A stretch of DNA of 62,814 nucleotides, the filler included, from Collodictyon triciliatum (lineage: Eukaryota), in NCBI GenBank assembly GCA_043381765.1. It is 5 parts of 5 records of this genome, joined end to end, with 100 filler letters (N's around TTAATTAATTAA, not from the genome) between each part and the next. Parts side by side here need not be neighbours in the genome. Positions count along the whole stretch, not along the records: positions 13,452 to 26,742 come from JBHJMP010002002.1; 4 more parts are not named here. The stretch is one strand, 5' to 3'. The translations under genes and the position numbers were made by a program. The notes under the pieces are model-generated. The model saw nothing but the letters and a program-made list of their open reading frames with translations, was not told the origin of the DNA and did no database searches. Below are positions 13,352-24,510 of this stretch, piece after piece. Position 1 is the stretch's first letter. Each line of letters starts with the position of its first letter.

Positions 13352-13451
13352 NNNNNNNNNNNNNNNNNNNNNNNNNNNNNNNNNNNNNNNNNNNNTTAAT
13401 TAATTAANNNNNNNNNNNNNNNNNNNNNNNNNNNNNNNNNNNNNNNNNNNN
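13352..13451. other. Artificial contig-join spacer N44-TTAATTAATTAA-N44
   Basis: Exact 100-nt structure that recurs four times; the core has stops in all six frames. Confidence 0.97.
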
Positions 13452-13592
13452 ATAAAAAAAAGAGAATAAAAAAAAAGAGAATAAAAAAAAAGAGAATAAA
13501 AAAAAGAGAATAAAAAAAAGAGAATAAAAAAAAGAGAATAAAAAAAGAGAATACAATATAAAGTTAGAAAAAACGCAAGAAAGAAAAAACAC

Positions 13593-13775
13593 CTTGACGT
13601 CGATGTCCAAGACACCTCCGTTGATAACTCGAAAGTCAAAGTGGACCGACTGATCCTTCGTCAACTCCTCATAGAAGCACTCGTCGGTTCCAGCTTGGAT
13701 AGTAACCATCAGACCCCTTACATTCGAGCTGAACAAGGCAAACGCAAAAAACAAGGAAAGAGTTGCTGGTTTCAT
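13593..13775 (-). CDS. p24/emp24/TMED family GOLD-domain protein, first exon only
   Basis: Signal peptide followed by LMVTIQAGTDECFYEEL..VHFDFRVINGGVLDIDVK and a GT donor; the rest is lost at the contig edge. Confidence 0.88.
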
Positions 13776-14415
13776 ATTCGCGTTGTTCGTGCTGCTCTGC
13801 TTGTATACCTTACGGCTGGCAAGGACTCTGGTGGGTTTTCTTCTCTCCTTTTCCTACAGAGATGAGCAAAGCGTAACTAGGTTGACGCGCCCCTTCTTTC
13901 GAAACCTTTTCCTGTTACGGAGCTTATCGTTCGTCCTTGTTTCGCTATGGCACTTTTTCTTTTTCTTTACTTGATCATCGTTTACTTTGTTCATACGCTT
14001 TATTCTCGTCCTATACACATAACACCCACCATTAAACCAGCGACGATCGATCTGTCTTCTTTTCAACATCTCGTTAAAACGCTGGGACGGGTGTCTAACA
14101 AAAGCCCAACCAACAAGCCTCTTTGCTCAGGAAGGGACATTGTCGATTCCACCTTACCACAGCCAAATATCAACAAAAAAGGTTGAGTTGGACACTGCGC
14201 AGCGATAAAAATCCACAAGGCCTTACTCGACGTTTGATGTGGGGAAAGGGTTCATTTGTTTATAAAAACTGTACCTTTTCAGTTCATGTAATTGAGCTAA
14301 AGAGAGGGAGATAGAGAGACACACAAGGATGATGCTCTTAGAATATGCTATACTGGCATTCTTATGAGAGGCTAAACCATAAGGCATTCGGTTTATTCAT
14401 CCAACTTCTTGATAG

Positions 14416-15139
14416 CTAAACCCAGAGCGTTACAGGGCTTTCATGGGATGGCTGGGCATATTTGCCTCTTAAAATGTTGCAATATGCAAGACAATGAAAT
14501 GCTACCTGGAGAATATTCATTAGCATGGAAAAAGTAATCAAAGCGGTTGCTGCCTTCTCATTTTCACTTAGATCAGTATCCTCGCCATTCGAACGATTGG
14601 AGCTGTCATCTTTGGCCACGTCAGCGTCCCACAAAACAAAAGAGTAAATCATAAGTGCTGATGATATAACCGGGAAGCAAATAGAGGGTTGAAACGTGCG
14701 TAACGAGTTTCTGATGATTGAGTAGTAGACGAAAAAGAGATAAATCAAGTTGGCCGTTATGCCTGACAGAAGTAACATAACTGTTGACGTGCGAATGCGG
14801 TACATCTCTCCCACAAAGTATGCAATTATACCCAGAACCATGGAGCATCCGATGCAAAAAAATATGCCTTTGATTCTCATCACCTTAAATTATTAGATAT
14901 TGTTATAACCAGTTTTTTTCTTCCAAATTCAATATATGTGTTTGTGATAAATAGTAGATATAAACTAAAGTTGTAACCAAAGATACAATATTCATATCTT
15001 CCATAAGAAAGCAAAGCAACCAAACTACTCATTTGGGTAGGAAAAAAAAAAAAGATCTACAACCCACTATGTCCCCAGTAACATCTGGTTGGGCTTCGGG
15101 GTTGGGCGTACTGGTGCCTGGGATGGGGTTGCTCATCAT
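14416..15139 (-). CDS. Small 4-TM protein of unknown function (paralog 1)
   Basis: ORF 14416-14883 has four hydrophobic segments and an acidic D/N/S loop before the last. It is preceded by a TTTAAG acceptor and a plausible first exon MMSNPIPGTSTPNPEAQPD at about 15065-15139. Confidence 0.65.
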
Positions 15140-15878
15140 CTCTTGCTTGCTACGGCAACCTTCTATGAGAGTCAAGGTGTAGATCAGACCTTGCATGTGG
15201 GTGTATGCGTATACAATATTTATGCATAAAAAAAAACGTTCGAGTCACTTGCGTACGACAGAGATTGAGAACAAGCTCTTCGGTTGACTCGGACAAATAT
15301 AACACGCATATACGACTGACTGATTTCTAGAGGAGACTATTTTTTTTTTTTTGATGTCTATAGCTTGCGATTGTTGTGCACACGTATTTATTTTATTTTT
15401 GCCAAAGCAATCAGAAGTGGTTGCATTCTGCGAGTCAATCATACCTTTTCTTCTTTCAATTAGCTCGGTCAAGGAAATCACATCCACAAAAGAATTAGTG
15501 ATTAGGGAGAAACAGCATTACATTCCGCTGGGTTTTGGGTCGAGGAATAAACAACAAGAATAACATTGGCATAAACAGAGAATGCTTACCACCAAACACC
15601 TTGCTCATGGATGATTATCATCATTATATGTGCCAGTTGCTCGGTACAATCATACGATGTCGCAATCAACACACGATATCCAAGTTTGTCCCTCTGAAAG
15701 TAATCATATATGCATTCAAATGAAACAGCTGCATCATTCGAAAGAGTCTCGCAACGACAGAAATATCGCTCTAGCGTTACAAAATAATGCACACAAAGTA
15801 TCACGTAATGGTGGTATCAATTGGACTTTATGATTTGTTAACCAAGAGCATACCGCAGTCTCTGAAAGTCATCCTCTT

Positions 15879-16559
15879 TTATGCTGCTGCCGAGGGATTT
15901 GGTTGTAGGCTAGCTTTCCGGTCGGGTGTTAGCACGAATAATTTGTTTGGCTGGTGTTTGGTTTCTGTGGTGGAGCTATGTAGTTTTCTTGACTCGTGAT
16001 AAAAACACAAGAAAGTATGGGATATGATAACTGTCGTACCACTAATTAGAGAGAAAGAAGCGCATAAAAGCAAGAGCGTCATCCGCAGATTTATTGCTGT
16101 GATTGTTGGAGTGGTCCGAACCATATTCTTTTGGTACTTACTCGAACCATAATGCAAAGGAAGTAACAGCGAATAAAAATGAGGCCATTATCAGGACTGC
16201 AGCCCTTTTTACAGCAAACGTTGGATTGATTATTTTAACGTGGTACAGAAAATACATGCAAGCGATTTCTGTAATAATATACATGATAACCAGCACCGTT
16301 TTTAAGGTGTCGTTGCTCGGGTCCTCCGCAGAGAGAACATTGATTGCCGAACCAAAAGATATAATCAAACATGTGCCCATGACCAGGACGATGAATTCCT
16401 GCGGAGGTTAAAGAATGTAGGTTTGATAACGATTCCAACATAAAAAGCTTTGGACAAATCAAAGTCATCGATTCGAACTATCACCTTTGCTTCCGTGGTG
16501 CCTTCCATCGGCGTGGTGTTTACTAGAGAGGTTTCAGGTTTCGCTGCGTTGGTTTCCAT
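15879..16559 (-). pseudogene. 4-TM paralog 2 with an in-frame TAA (16138-16140) and a downstream frameshift
   Basis: Fragments ASFLFAVTSFALWFE*VPKEYGSDHSNNHSNK and MTLLLLCASFSLISG align by eye with paralog 3 (ASLAFSVASFALQIED..DNSNHDD..NKTQTLLLLFFS). Confidence 0.55.
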
Positions 16560-17004
16560 AGCTCCCAATAATGCACTATGAAGTGATTGTTTTTTTTTTA
16601 AAAAAAACTCAAATACTTTTGCGTGCCTCTGTGGGAATGCAAAGAAGAATACCAAATTGCAATAGAGTCATCTTTCAGGGAAGGCAATTGTGTCAAATCA
16701 AAACTCAACATCAACTTTTTCCATTTTATTGGGGTTTTATCACACTTATCCACGGTAGGGTTTTCTGTTTTGAATTGGGTTAATTGCTTTTATTCTGTTT
16801 GAAAGCTGCCTACTGAAATCGTGTTTTCAATCAGAAGGTTTGTGGGTTGGCGTTCTGCGAGTCAAACATACCTATTTATGAGCCCATGCGAAGGGAACAG
16901 GGAGTCAGAACAGTGCTGGGGTGATTGCGAAGGGATATGAGTTTGTATATAAAACGGTTTCCATTTAAGATATTAAATCTACGGCATTTTATCACAATTT
17001 TTTT

Positions 17005-17061
17005 ATTCTTCCTTTCAATCTTTGAATCGAATAAAGGAAAAAAAATTCTTCCTTTCAATCT
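17005..17061 (+). mobile_element. Micro-insertion copy 1: TTGAATCGAATAAAGG(A7) at 17022-17044 with a 17-bp TSD
   Basis: ATTCTTCCTTTCAATCT at 17005-17021 and 17045-17061. Confidence 0.85.
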
Positions 17062-17113
17062 GTACAAGATAATGGAGGGCGGCATTTTCTAACGATATAA
17101 TACATACAATAGA

Positions 17114-17217
17114 CAAAACAACAACAAAACAACAACAAAACAACAACAAAACAACAACAAAACAACAACAAAACAACAACAAAACAACAACAAAACAACA
17201 ACAAAACAACAACAACA
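17114..17217 (+). repeat. (AAAACAACAAC)n minisatellite
   Basis: Direct. Confidence 0.9.
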
Positions 17218-17456
17218 AAAAAGAAACAAAACGCCAATTTTTTTATCTACCGACGTAAATACATGTACACCTATTAGATTATAAGAATAATAAAAATTCC
17301 CTATGAGGAAGAATCGTAAGTGAATATTGAATAACCATGATATTAGATTATACTAATTAATTTATTCCTTGTCCTGAGTGTACATGTCCGATTATGACAT
17401 TTGTCTGGTCTCCAGGGTAATTATCAGTGGTTATACTTTTTTTTCAAATAGTAGCC

Positions 17457-17975
17457 CTAGTTATGATAGTTTTCCTGAAGTAATGGGCTCTGAAAGGAAT
17501 GGTTGATCGTATGAAAGGTGGATTCTTGAGACTTTTTCATTTCCTGTCCCTTCTTAAGTTCAAAGTGAATTGCCCAATGCATCCCAGAACCAACAAGGGA
17601 GCTAGTCATCGAAAAGAAAAGTAGAAGTAGGGTCTGAGTCTTGTTAGTACCTCCGCTAGAATCATCGTCGTGGTTTGAGTTATCCCCTTCATCGGTATTC
17701 GAGGAATCTTCAATCTGCAAGGCAAAAGATGCAACAGAAAAAGCAAGGGAGGCGATGCCAAATAGATAGGCCTTATTCATCGCAGGTAGGGAATCTATTG
17801 CCCTTGCGTAATAGAAAGAGAAAGAGTACCCAACACTCGAAAGGATTGCCAAAATGAGAATGGCTAATCTCGATGCCTCTTTGTCATAGTAACTTCCCAC
17901 GAAGAAAGCGGCTAGACCCAGCACGATGGAAAGTCCCATGAAAGACAAGGATACATTTGTGGTATATCTCTGCAT
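17457..17975 (-). CDS. Small 4-TM protein of unknown function (paralog 3)
   Basis: 172-aa ORF with four hydrophobic helices and an acidic loop; a pyrimidine tract plus TGCAG at its 5' end suggests an upstream exon. Confidence 0.65.
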   Translation of the reverse strand: MQRYTTNVSLSFMGLSIVLGLAAFFVGSYYDKEASRLAILILAILSSVGYSFSFYYARAIDSLPAMNKAYLFGIASLAFSVASFALQIEDSSNTDEGDNSNHDDDSSGGTNKTQTLLLLFFSMTSSLVGSGMHWAIHFELKKGQEMKKSQESTFHTINHSFQSPLLQENYHN

Positions 17976-18644
17976 TCGGATAAAAAAGAAAGAAAGAAAA
18001 GAAGCGGCGATGAAATAATTTATTTATTAGTTATAGAATAAAACGATGGCCTTAGGATTTGGGACGTGGTGTGTATATGTCGATGGTACATATCTGCATG
18101 AAAAAATTACAAAGTGTCTTGTCTTCTTATGTTGGTAGTTATCTCCCTTGTTTTTCTGTCCAGTCGCATGATTAAATATGCACTCACAGCCACGTTTTCG
18201 ATCGAGTCCACTCGCTCTATCACTGAAAGGGGGCGCCTAATGCCGGCCTGGTCTTCCATAATTCACCCGTGAGTATCTAAGAGTCTGCTGTTTGAGAATT
18301 ATGCATATTGGATGTGGCTCAGACAAGTTCAACACTTGGCAAGCTGTGCAGACACAACGGGGCTGAGAGAGGCAGTATTTTGTGTGGGTGGCTGGAGGCT
18401 TTCATTATGACAGACTTTCAAGGACTTCGTTGTGGTGTTGGATCAAAGTGTGTTGGGTGCTGGGCAACAATCTGAAGTGCATTGAAATTGTGACATCTCT
18501 CCGTCCATACAAATAAGGACACGTGCCGAAAAAAGCGATTTTAGTTAATCATACCATTTATATCTATGAGACAACGATTGGCTTTTTTTCTTGGCTTTGA
18601 TTCGTTGCGCACCATCAAACCCATCAAACCACCCAACCATCAGA

Positions 18645-18811
18645 AAATTAAAACATTAAAACATTAAAACATTAAAACATTAAAACATTAAAACATTAAA
18701 ACATTAAAACATTAAAACATTAAAACATTAAAACATCAAAACATCAAAACATCAAAACATCAAAACATCAAAACATCAAAACATCAAAACATCAAAACAT
18801 CAAAACATCAA
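18645..18811 (+). repeat. (AAAACATT)n grading into (AAAACATC)n octamer repeat
   Basis: Direct. Confidence 0.9.
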
Positions 18812-18874
18812 GTCTCGTTTCCTCTACCCCATGGTCGCTCCTCACCACCATAGAATGCCCCATGAGACTATTTT

Positions 18875-18932
18875 ATCTTAATTCAAATACACTTTGAATC
18901 GAATAAAGGAAAAAAAATCTTAATTCAAATAC
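18875..18932 (+). mobile_element. Micro-insertion copy 2: ACTTTGAATCGAATAAAGG(A7) at 18891-18916 with a 16-bp TSD
   Basis: ATCTTAATTCAAATAC at 18875-18890 and 18917-18932. Confidence 0.85.
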
Positions 18933-19395
18933 TGCTTTTGGCACCATCTTGAAATAAACTGCCTCATCTCTGTAAATCAATAAGATAACTTTGAATCAAA
19001 TTTTTTTCAATATTGTTATTTTTAACCTTTTATTTGGTATATCCAATAAGTAACATTCGTATGGCGTGGGCTCTTGAAAAAAGTTTAGGCTCTCGTAAAG
19101 GGAAACTTATATGAATTTCTCAAGGCACACCAAAGAAGTTGGTTACTTTATCCCCTCCAGTACAAACTGTGAAGTATTTATCTAAAAAAAAAAGAAGGTA
19201 AGTATGTGTTTTATGAAGCCATATTTTGAAGTGATATTTTTTTTTTATTGGTTTTATGATTTCAATAAAATTCTTTACTTCACGGAGGGACGAGAGAAAC
19301 ATCCTAGGTATTTAATTTATCCATTTGGTAATCACCGTGGTAATGAGATCTCAGAAAAATGACATAGATGAAAGACCAGGGTATTCTGACTACTG

Positions 19396-19512
19396 AAAAA
19401 TAAAATAAAATAAAATAAAATAAAATAAAATAAAATAAAATAAAATAAAATAAAATAAAATAAAATAAAATAAAATAAAATAAAATAAAATAAAATAAAA
19501 CAAAACAAAACA
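19396..19512 (+). repeat. (AAAAT)n microsatellite
   Basis: Direct. Confidence 0.9.
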
Positions 19513-19604
19513 GATCATTATGAATCTAAGAGGGAAACCAAAAAATTGACACCCTTTATGATGCATGCTCTAATTTCATGTTTTCTGTAATAAAAAGAAT
19601 GCGG

Positions 19605-20588
19605 TTATGATTTTTTCGATAGCTCCAAAATAATTGCAGTGCAAATATAAAAGTTGAAAATGATGAAGTTGATAGAATTAGTTAAGATGAAATAAATTGA
19701 AAACCGAAAGGATTGGTGTTTTGATCTAAAGAGAAAGTGTCTCCTATATTTAGTTTGCAAATGATGGATACAAGTGGCCATAAGCATCCAATAAAAGCAA
19801 GGTTTGATGCTCCTCTCCATTGCACATTAAGTGTGTCTAGCATCATACACCACAGAGATACAACCATACCAAATACGCAGAAAACTATTCGAAAACCCCA
19901 GTTGCGTAAAAATCCAGACGAAACAACAATATTTAGCATTAAAACCATGAAATACTAGAAATCGAATGAATTTATCATATAACTCAACGTGATGGCATTG
20001 GAATCGAATAAAGGAAAAAAAAAAATAACTCAGCGTGGTGGCATTGGAAGTAATTGCCATTTGGATAGTCATTAGTAACACACTGAACAGAGAAATAGCC
20101 AAATATGTATAAAATACTTGATGTCCCAAACTCGTCCAAATTGAGAAAACGAAGCTTACTATGATTGCAGCAATAGTAAAACCAAGGGAGATTAAATTAT
20201 AGAGCTTTGACTTGAAAATCATCGCAAAAAATGGAAATTTATGGATTATAAAACGATGACAGAGTATATCTCTGGTATCATAGTATATGACCCTGTTTTC
20301 CATAATTCCAAATAAAAGATGCTTATCAGGGTCTGCATATGAAATAAAGTTTGACTCAACCTCAAACTTTTGTTTTGAACTCTCCCCATCATTCGCTCCT
20401 TCCGTTTTACTGCTTTTAGAATCTCTTTTCTCATGTATTTTGTCATAATGAAAGGATTCTTGGATTCCTTCTGTGTATTTCTTTTTTGAAAATAGTCCAG
20501 ACAAGGGTATTAATTGTGCATTTTTTTGATTTAACATGATTGGCAGATCATGTGTCGTGTACTTTTGAGACTTTATAATTAGCATCAC
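19605..20588 (-). pseudogene. Intronless multi-TM protein pseudogene (tandem paralog of 20585-21596)
   Basis: Frameshifted by micro-insertion copy 3. With the insertion removed it reads MINSFDF*YF, matching LSKSFNFWYT in the neighbour (TGG to TAG). Confidence 0.65.
19979..20049 (+). mobile_element. Micro-insertion copy 3: GAATCGAATAAAGG(A10-11) with a TSD of about 23 bp carrying 2 mismatches
   Basis: ATAACTCA(A/G)CGTG(A/G)TGGCATTGG starts at 19979 and 20025 (46-nt period). Confidence 0.85.
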
Positions 20589-21596
20589 GCCTCATCATCT
20601 GGATATGTTGCTGGTCTATTTCGTAGAAATTTGATAAAAAGGCAATTGTTGTGGACCTTTTTTCGTATTACATGTGCATAAAGTATTCGAAGTAAATACA
20701 AAAGGATCGTAATGATATTATCTAGAGCTTGCAATCTAAAGTCAATTACTTCAACCCCATGTGGTATCAAGTAAATCCTTTATATTTCAAAGTTGACCAG
20801 ACGAAAAGAAACGACGATAAATATTAGCAAATACGCCAGTATCCCCATGAATAAGTATATCTTCATCTGCCTGAGATGGTTTGCTGCGTGTACATCGTAT
20901 AATAATAGAAGAACCAAACTTAAGAAAGAGTGTACGCATGATAACACGTTTGATACAGTAATTCCATAGAGAAAAACCAAAAAAGTATGAAAGGAAAGAA
21001 CGTTGTAAACTGTATACCAAAAATTAAAGGATTTTGATAGTTCTTTGATGACTCCAACTCGAAGATAGGACGCGCTATGAAGAAAAAAAATTTGCGGCAC
21101 AAACGGCCTGTATAGGAGCTTAAGAATAAGGTAAAATAAGCTGGTTTCCTAGGAAAATAGATAAGCCATTTACTGTGTAGATAAACCAAAGGATTAAGCT
21201 AATGACAGACATGGGCAGTGATCGATAAAGTTTCAGGGTGAAGATCAATATCTTATCATTCTTTATCAATAATGTGATAACGGTACTCTTTCTTTCAATC
21301 AGCTTTATTTTTTTCTTGATGACGAGTTTGATTATTGAAGAGTTTTGATTCAGAATAAAGTCACTTTGTTGTTCTTTTGCTACTCCCCCGACTGCCTCAG
21401 ATACATTAGCTTCATGTATCTTAACTACTTCAAGTTCATTCTGCACAGCCTGTCCATTTTCTACATCTTCCAAATATTGTATAATAGGATGCCCCTTTTC
21501 GTAGAAGTCTTTCATATTGTTGGTCTTCGTGGTGTTGAGATCTTTCAATTCGCTTCCTCCCATCATGCTTGGTGTGGGTAATGAAATATTGTCCAC
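20585..21596 (-). pseudogene. Intronless multi-TM protein with a frameshift near 21120 and an in-frame TAA at 20780-20782
   Basis: Three consecutive hydrophobic ORF pieces (21120-21596, 20780-21100, 20585-20770); the last two share a frame across the TAA. Confidence 0.6.
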
Positions 21597-21671
21597 AAGA
21601 TTCTTTCCATATGTATCTGAACGACTTGACTGTAAGTCTTGTAAAGTATGTAGGACGCATATAATATCGTC

Positions 21672-21776
<105 letters not shown>

Positions 21777-22613
21777 ACCTAGACACGCTCCTTCGAGGTC
21801 AAAATCTCAAATAATATTGATATTCATCACTTTCTAATAGAACACAATTATTTTTTGAATATGAAATGATCTCATAAATACACAAATAAATAGAAAGAGA
21901 AAAAGAGAAAAAGAGAAAAAGAGAAAAAGAGAAAAAGAGAAAAATAGAAAAAGAGAAAAAGTTTAAGTATAGATATCACCAAAGGAGCTGTGATTTTCCC
22001 TGATATTTTCTGTCTATTAGTTGTTTCTCTTCTCTTGTATTCCGTTTTTCGTTCTTTCGCTAGCAGAAGGATTAGCAATGCAGCGTTTGAGCACAGCAGC
22101 CCAGTTTCCACACACCACCTCAGGGTGCCTGCATACGATTATGGCCAGCCTTTTGGGAAAGAACACAAATATCTGCTGGATATTCCAAAATTAGATAATC
22201 GCTTGTTGCCTGCTTTGCGTGCAATATTATAATATATATTAATGATGTATTGACATTATGTAATTATATTATTAAATGTCAAAGTACATGATATTGTGTA
22301 ATATATTAATTACTTATTATAAAATCCACATCTAAGCAAGGTCTGTAGTTGCAGGTTTTCGATGCGCATCCCCAAGGAAGCCTCCCAATGAGACGCGTTG
22401 GACAGAGAGCAAAGTAAATGAGCCTTTATTATGTCAATGGGAGTCAAGTGTAGCATTCCTTGATAAAAACAAAAAGCTCTTGCAAGCATGGAGCCTGTCT
22501 GCTTCATAGCCATCTTCAGAAAAAACAAAAACAAAAACAAAAACAAAAACAAAAACAAAAACAAAAACAAAANNNNNNNNNNAAAAACAAAAACAAAAAC
22601 AAAAACAAAAACA

Positions 22614-22644
<31 letters not shown>

Positions 22645-22737
22645 TAAACAAAAGCGAAACAAAAGCAAAGCAAACCAAAAAAAACACTACGCAGTCGATG
22701 CATGCAGACAACAAACATTTTTCTTTTCTTTTTCAGA

Positions 22738-23555
22738 ATGCGATCTATTCCACGGCTTCTTCTCGGCTTCAGCGCAGCCACAGCGGCCTTTGTCTCGGGC
22801 TTCCCTCTTGACTCCCGGAAGACAGAGATTCGCCAAAGCAACTGCTCCACAGAAACCGGCCTCCCGTCACTGCCGAGCAGCCCACAAACGCCCGGTAAAG
22901 TCCAGAAGACAATCCTGAGCACGGAGGGACTGAGTCCAGACTACCCTGCTCAAAAGCTAGGAACTGTACAGGTCTCTGTTCGGCCGGGACTCAATCTCAC
23001 TTGCGCCATCGCCCGAATCCAAGGCAGACGCTCCCACATGGAAGACGAGGCCTCTGTTGTGCAGCTGCAAAAAGGCACGCATTCATCGCCCGTTGTCTTT
23101 ACACTGCTGGACGGACACGGCGGCCCGCACTGCTCCACTTTTGCTCGGACCCATCTGCCTGCTTTTGTTGCAGCAAATGCACAGGGTATCATCAACCACA
23201 GTCGAGTCAGCAGCGACTCAGATAAAGAAGCCTCTGAGCTACGGGCGGCGAAGCATGCCTTCCGCGTGGCCTTCCGGGCTTTCGATGTGGCTTACAAGGA
23301 ATGGGTGGATGCCGAGAGGGGCGCTGGTCGTGATGTGAGCTCTCGGGATGGGGCCGCTGCTGTGTGTGGCGTGATTGATGATGCGTATTTGCATGTTGCG
23401 TGGGCTGGTGATTCTCGTGCGGTGGCTTGGATTGACCCTTCTGTTTGGGTAGGGCGATGGGCGGTGCATTTAAACCGCATATTCGCACGACTTCCCTCTA
23501 ATATATCAGCTAAATCTCTTGATTTCTAATACGCGTGAATCCATCTATCAATCTA

Positions 23556-23642
<87 letters not shown>

Positions 23643-24200
23643 ATATCTATCTACATCTCCCTGTGTTTCCTGTCCATGTGATTCAGATCACCTGAATTAA
23701 GCCGTTAATGACATTCTCACCAGACTCCAAAGAATGAGCTAGAAAGTGAGGAAGGTCCTTGGGTTTACAGCATCACCAGAGACCACAAACCGCAGAATGC
23801 CAATGAGTTTCGGCGCATTGAGAAAGTTCCAGGCGGGTTTGTGCGGAATGACCGCGTCTGTGGGCGACTCGCCATGTCAAGAGCGCTTGGTGACCATTAT
23901 TACAAAGATGCTGGTGACGATGCTGCAAAGGACGCAATGATTGCGGTCACCGACGAGCAAGAGGGGAAAACACTGGTCATCTGTGACCCTGATTACAAGC
24001 GAATCCCCATCGAGGCTGTTCGCGGTGTTGTAGTTGCATCCGATGGACTATGGGACGTGCTTGCCCTCTCAGAGGTTATGCAAGTTCTTCAGGAGCACAA
24101 TAACCCGGCATCGGCTGCAGATGAGCTCATTCGAAGGTCCCACCGATATGCACATGACAATATCACTGTCCTTGTCATCTATCCCGTCCTGAATAAGTGA
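22738..24200 (+). CDS. Protein phosphatase 2C (PPM family), two visible exons, possible organellar targeting peptide
   Basis: QGRRSHMEDE, LLDGHGG, AWAGDSRAV; intron 23449-23723; then TRDHKP, GRLAMSRALGD, VVASDGLWD, HDNITVLVI. Confidence 0.93.
23545..23652 (+). repeat. (TATC)n intronic microsatellite
   Basis: Direct. Confidence 0.9.
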
Positions 24201-24510
24201 TATTATGATTTCATAAGACGGCTCCCTGTCTCTTATATTCTTTTGAAATTACCCGGTTGACGTTTCATAAATCAAACCAAACCAAATCCAAACCAAACCA
24301 AATCCCCTTTCACCATAAATAGCAGAATATGAGTGGCACTTGTCGATTATTATGTCGGTCAAGTAGTCATCCTCAACCATGAGTTATCGTGGATAATTAT
24401 GTTTTTCATGAAGGTTTATCACGTCCGAGTCTATATTTTTACTCGTGGGATGATGGTAATCATGATGATGATTAAATTCTTTGAATCAAATTAAGTGATA
24501 AAAGGATTAA

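Noticed and set aside
13396-13407. TTAATTAATTAA palindrome recurring four times
   Set aside because: Always centred in N44 flanks; an assembly concatenation linker, not biology.
17005-20049. CRISPR-like reading of the recurring 25-nt sequence
   Set aside because: Copies are 1-2 kb or more apart, each flanked by its own duplication, in a eukaryotic context with no cas genes.
4380-20782. Stop-codon reassignment suggested by in-frame TAA at 4380, 10096, 16138 and 20780
   Set aside because: The expected residues differ (Tyr versus Lys), long conserved exons contain no internal TAA/TAG, and TAA terminates the cyclase, nucleotidase and Roco genes. Errors or pseudogenes explain these better.
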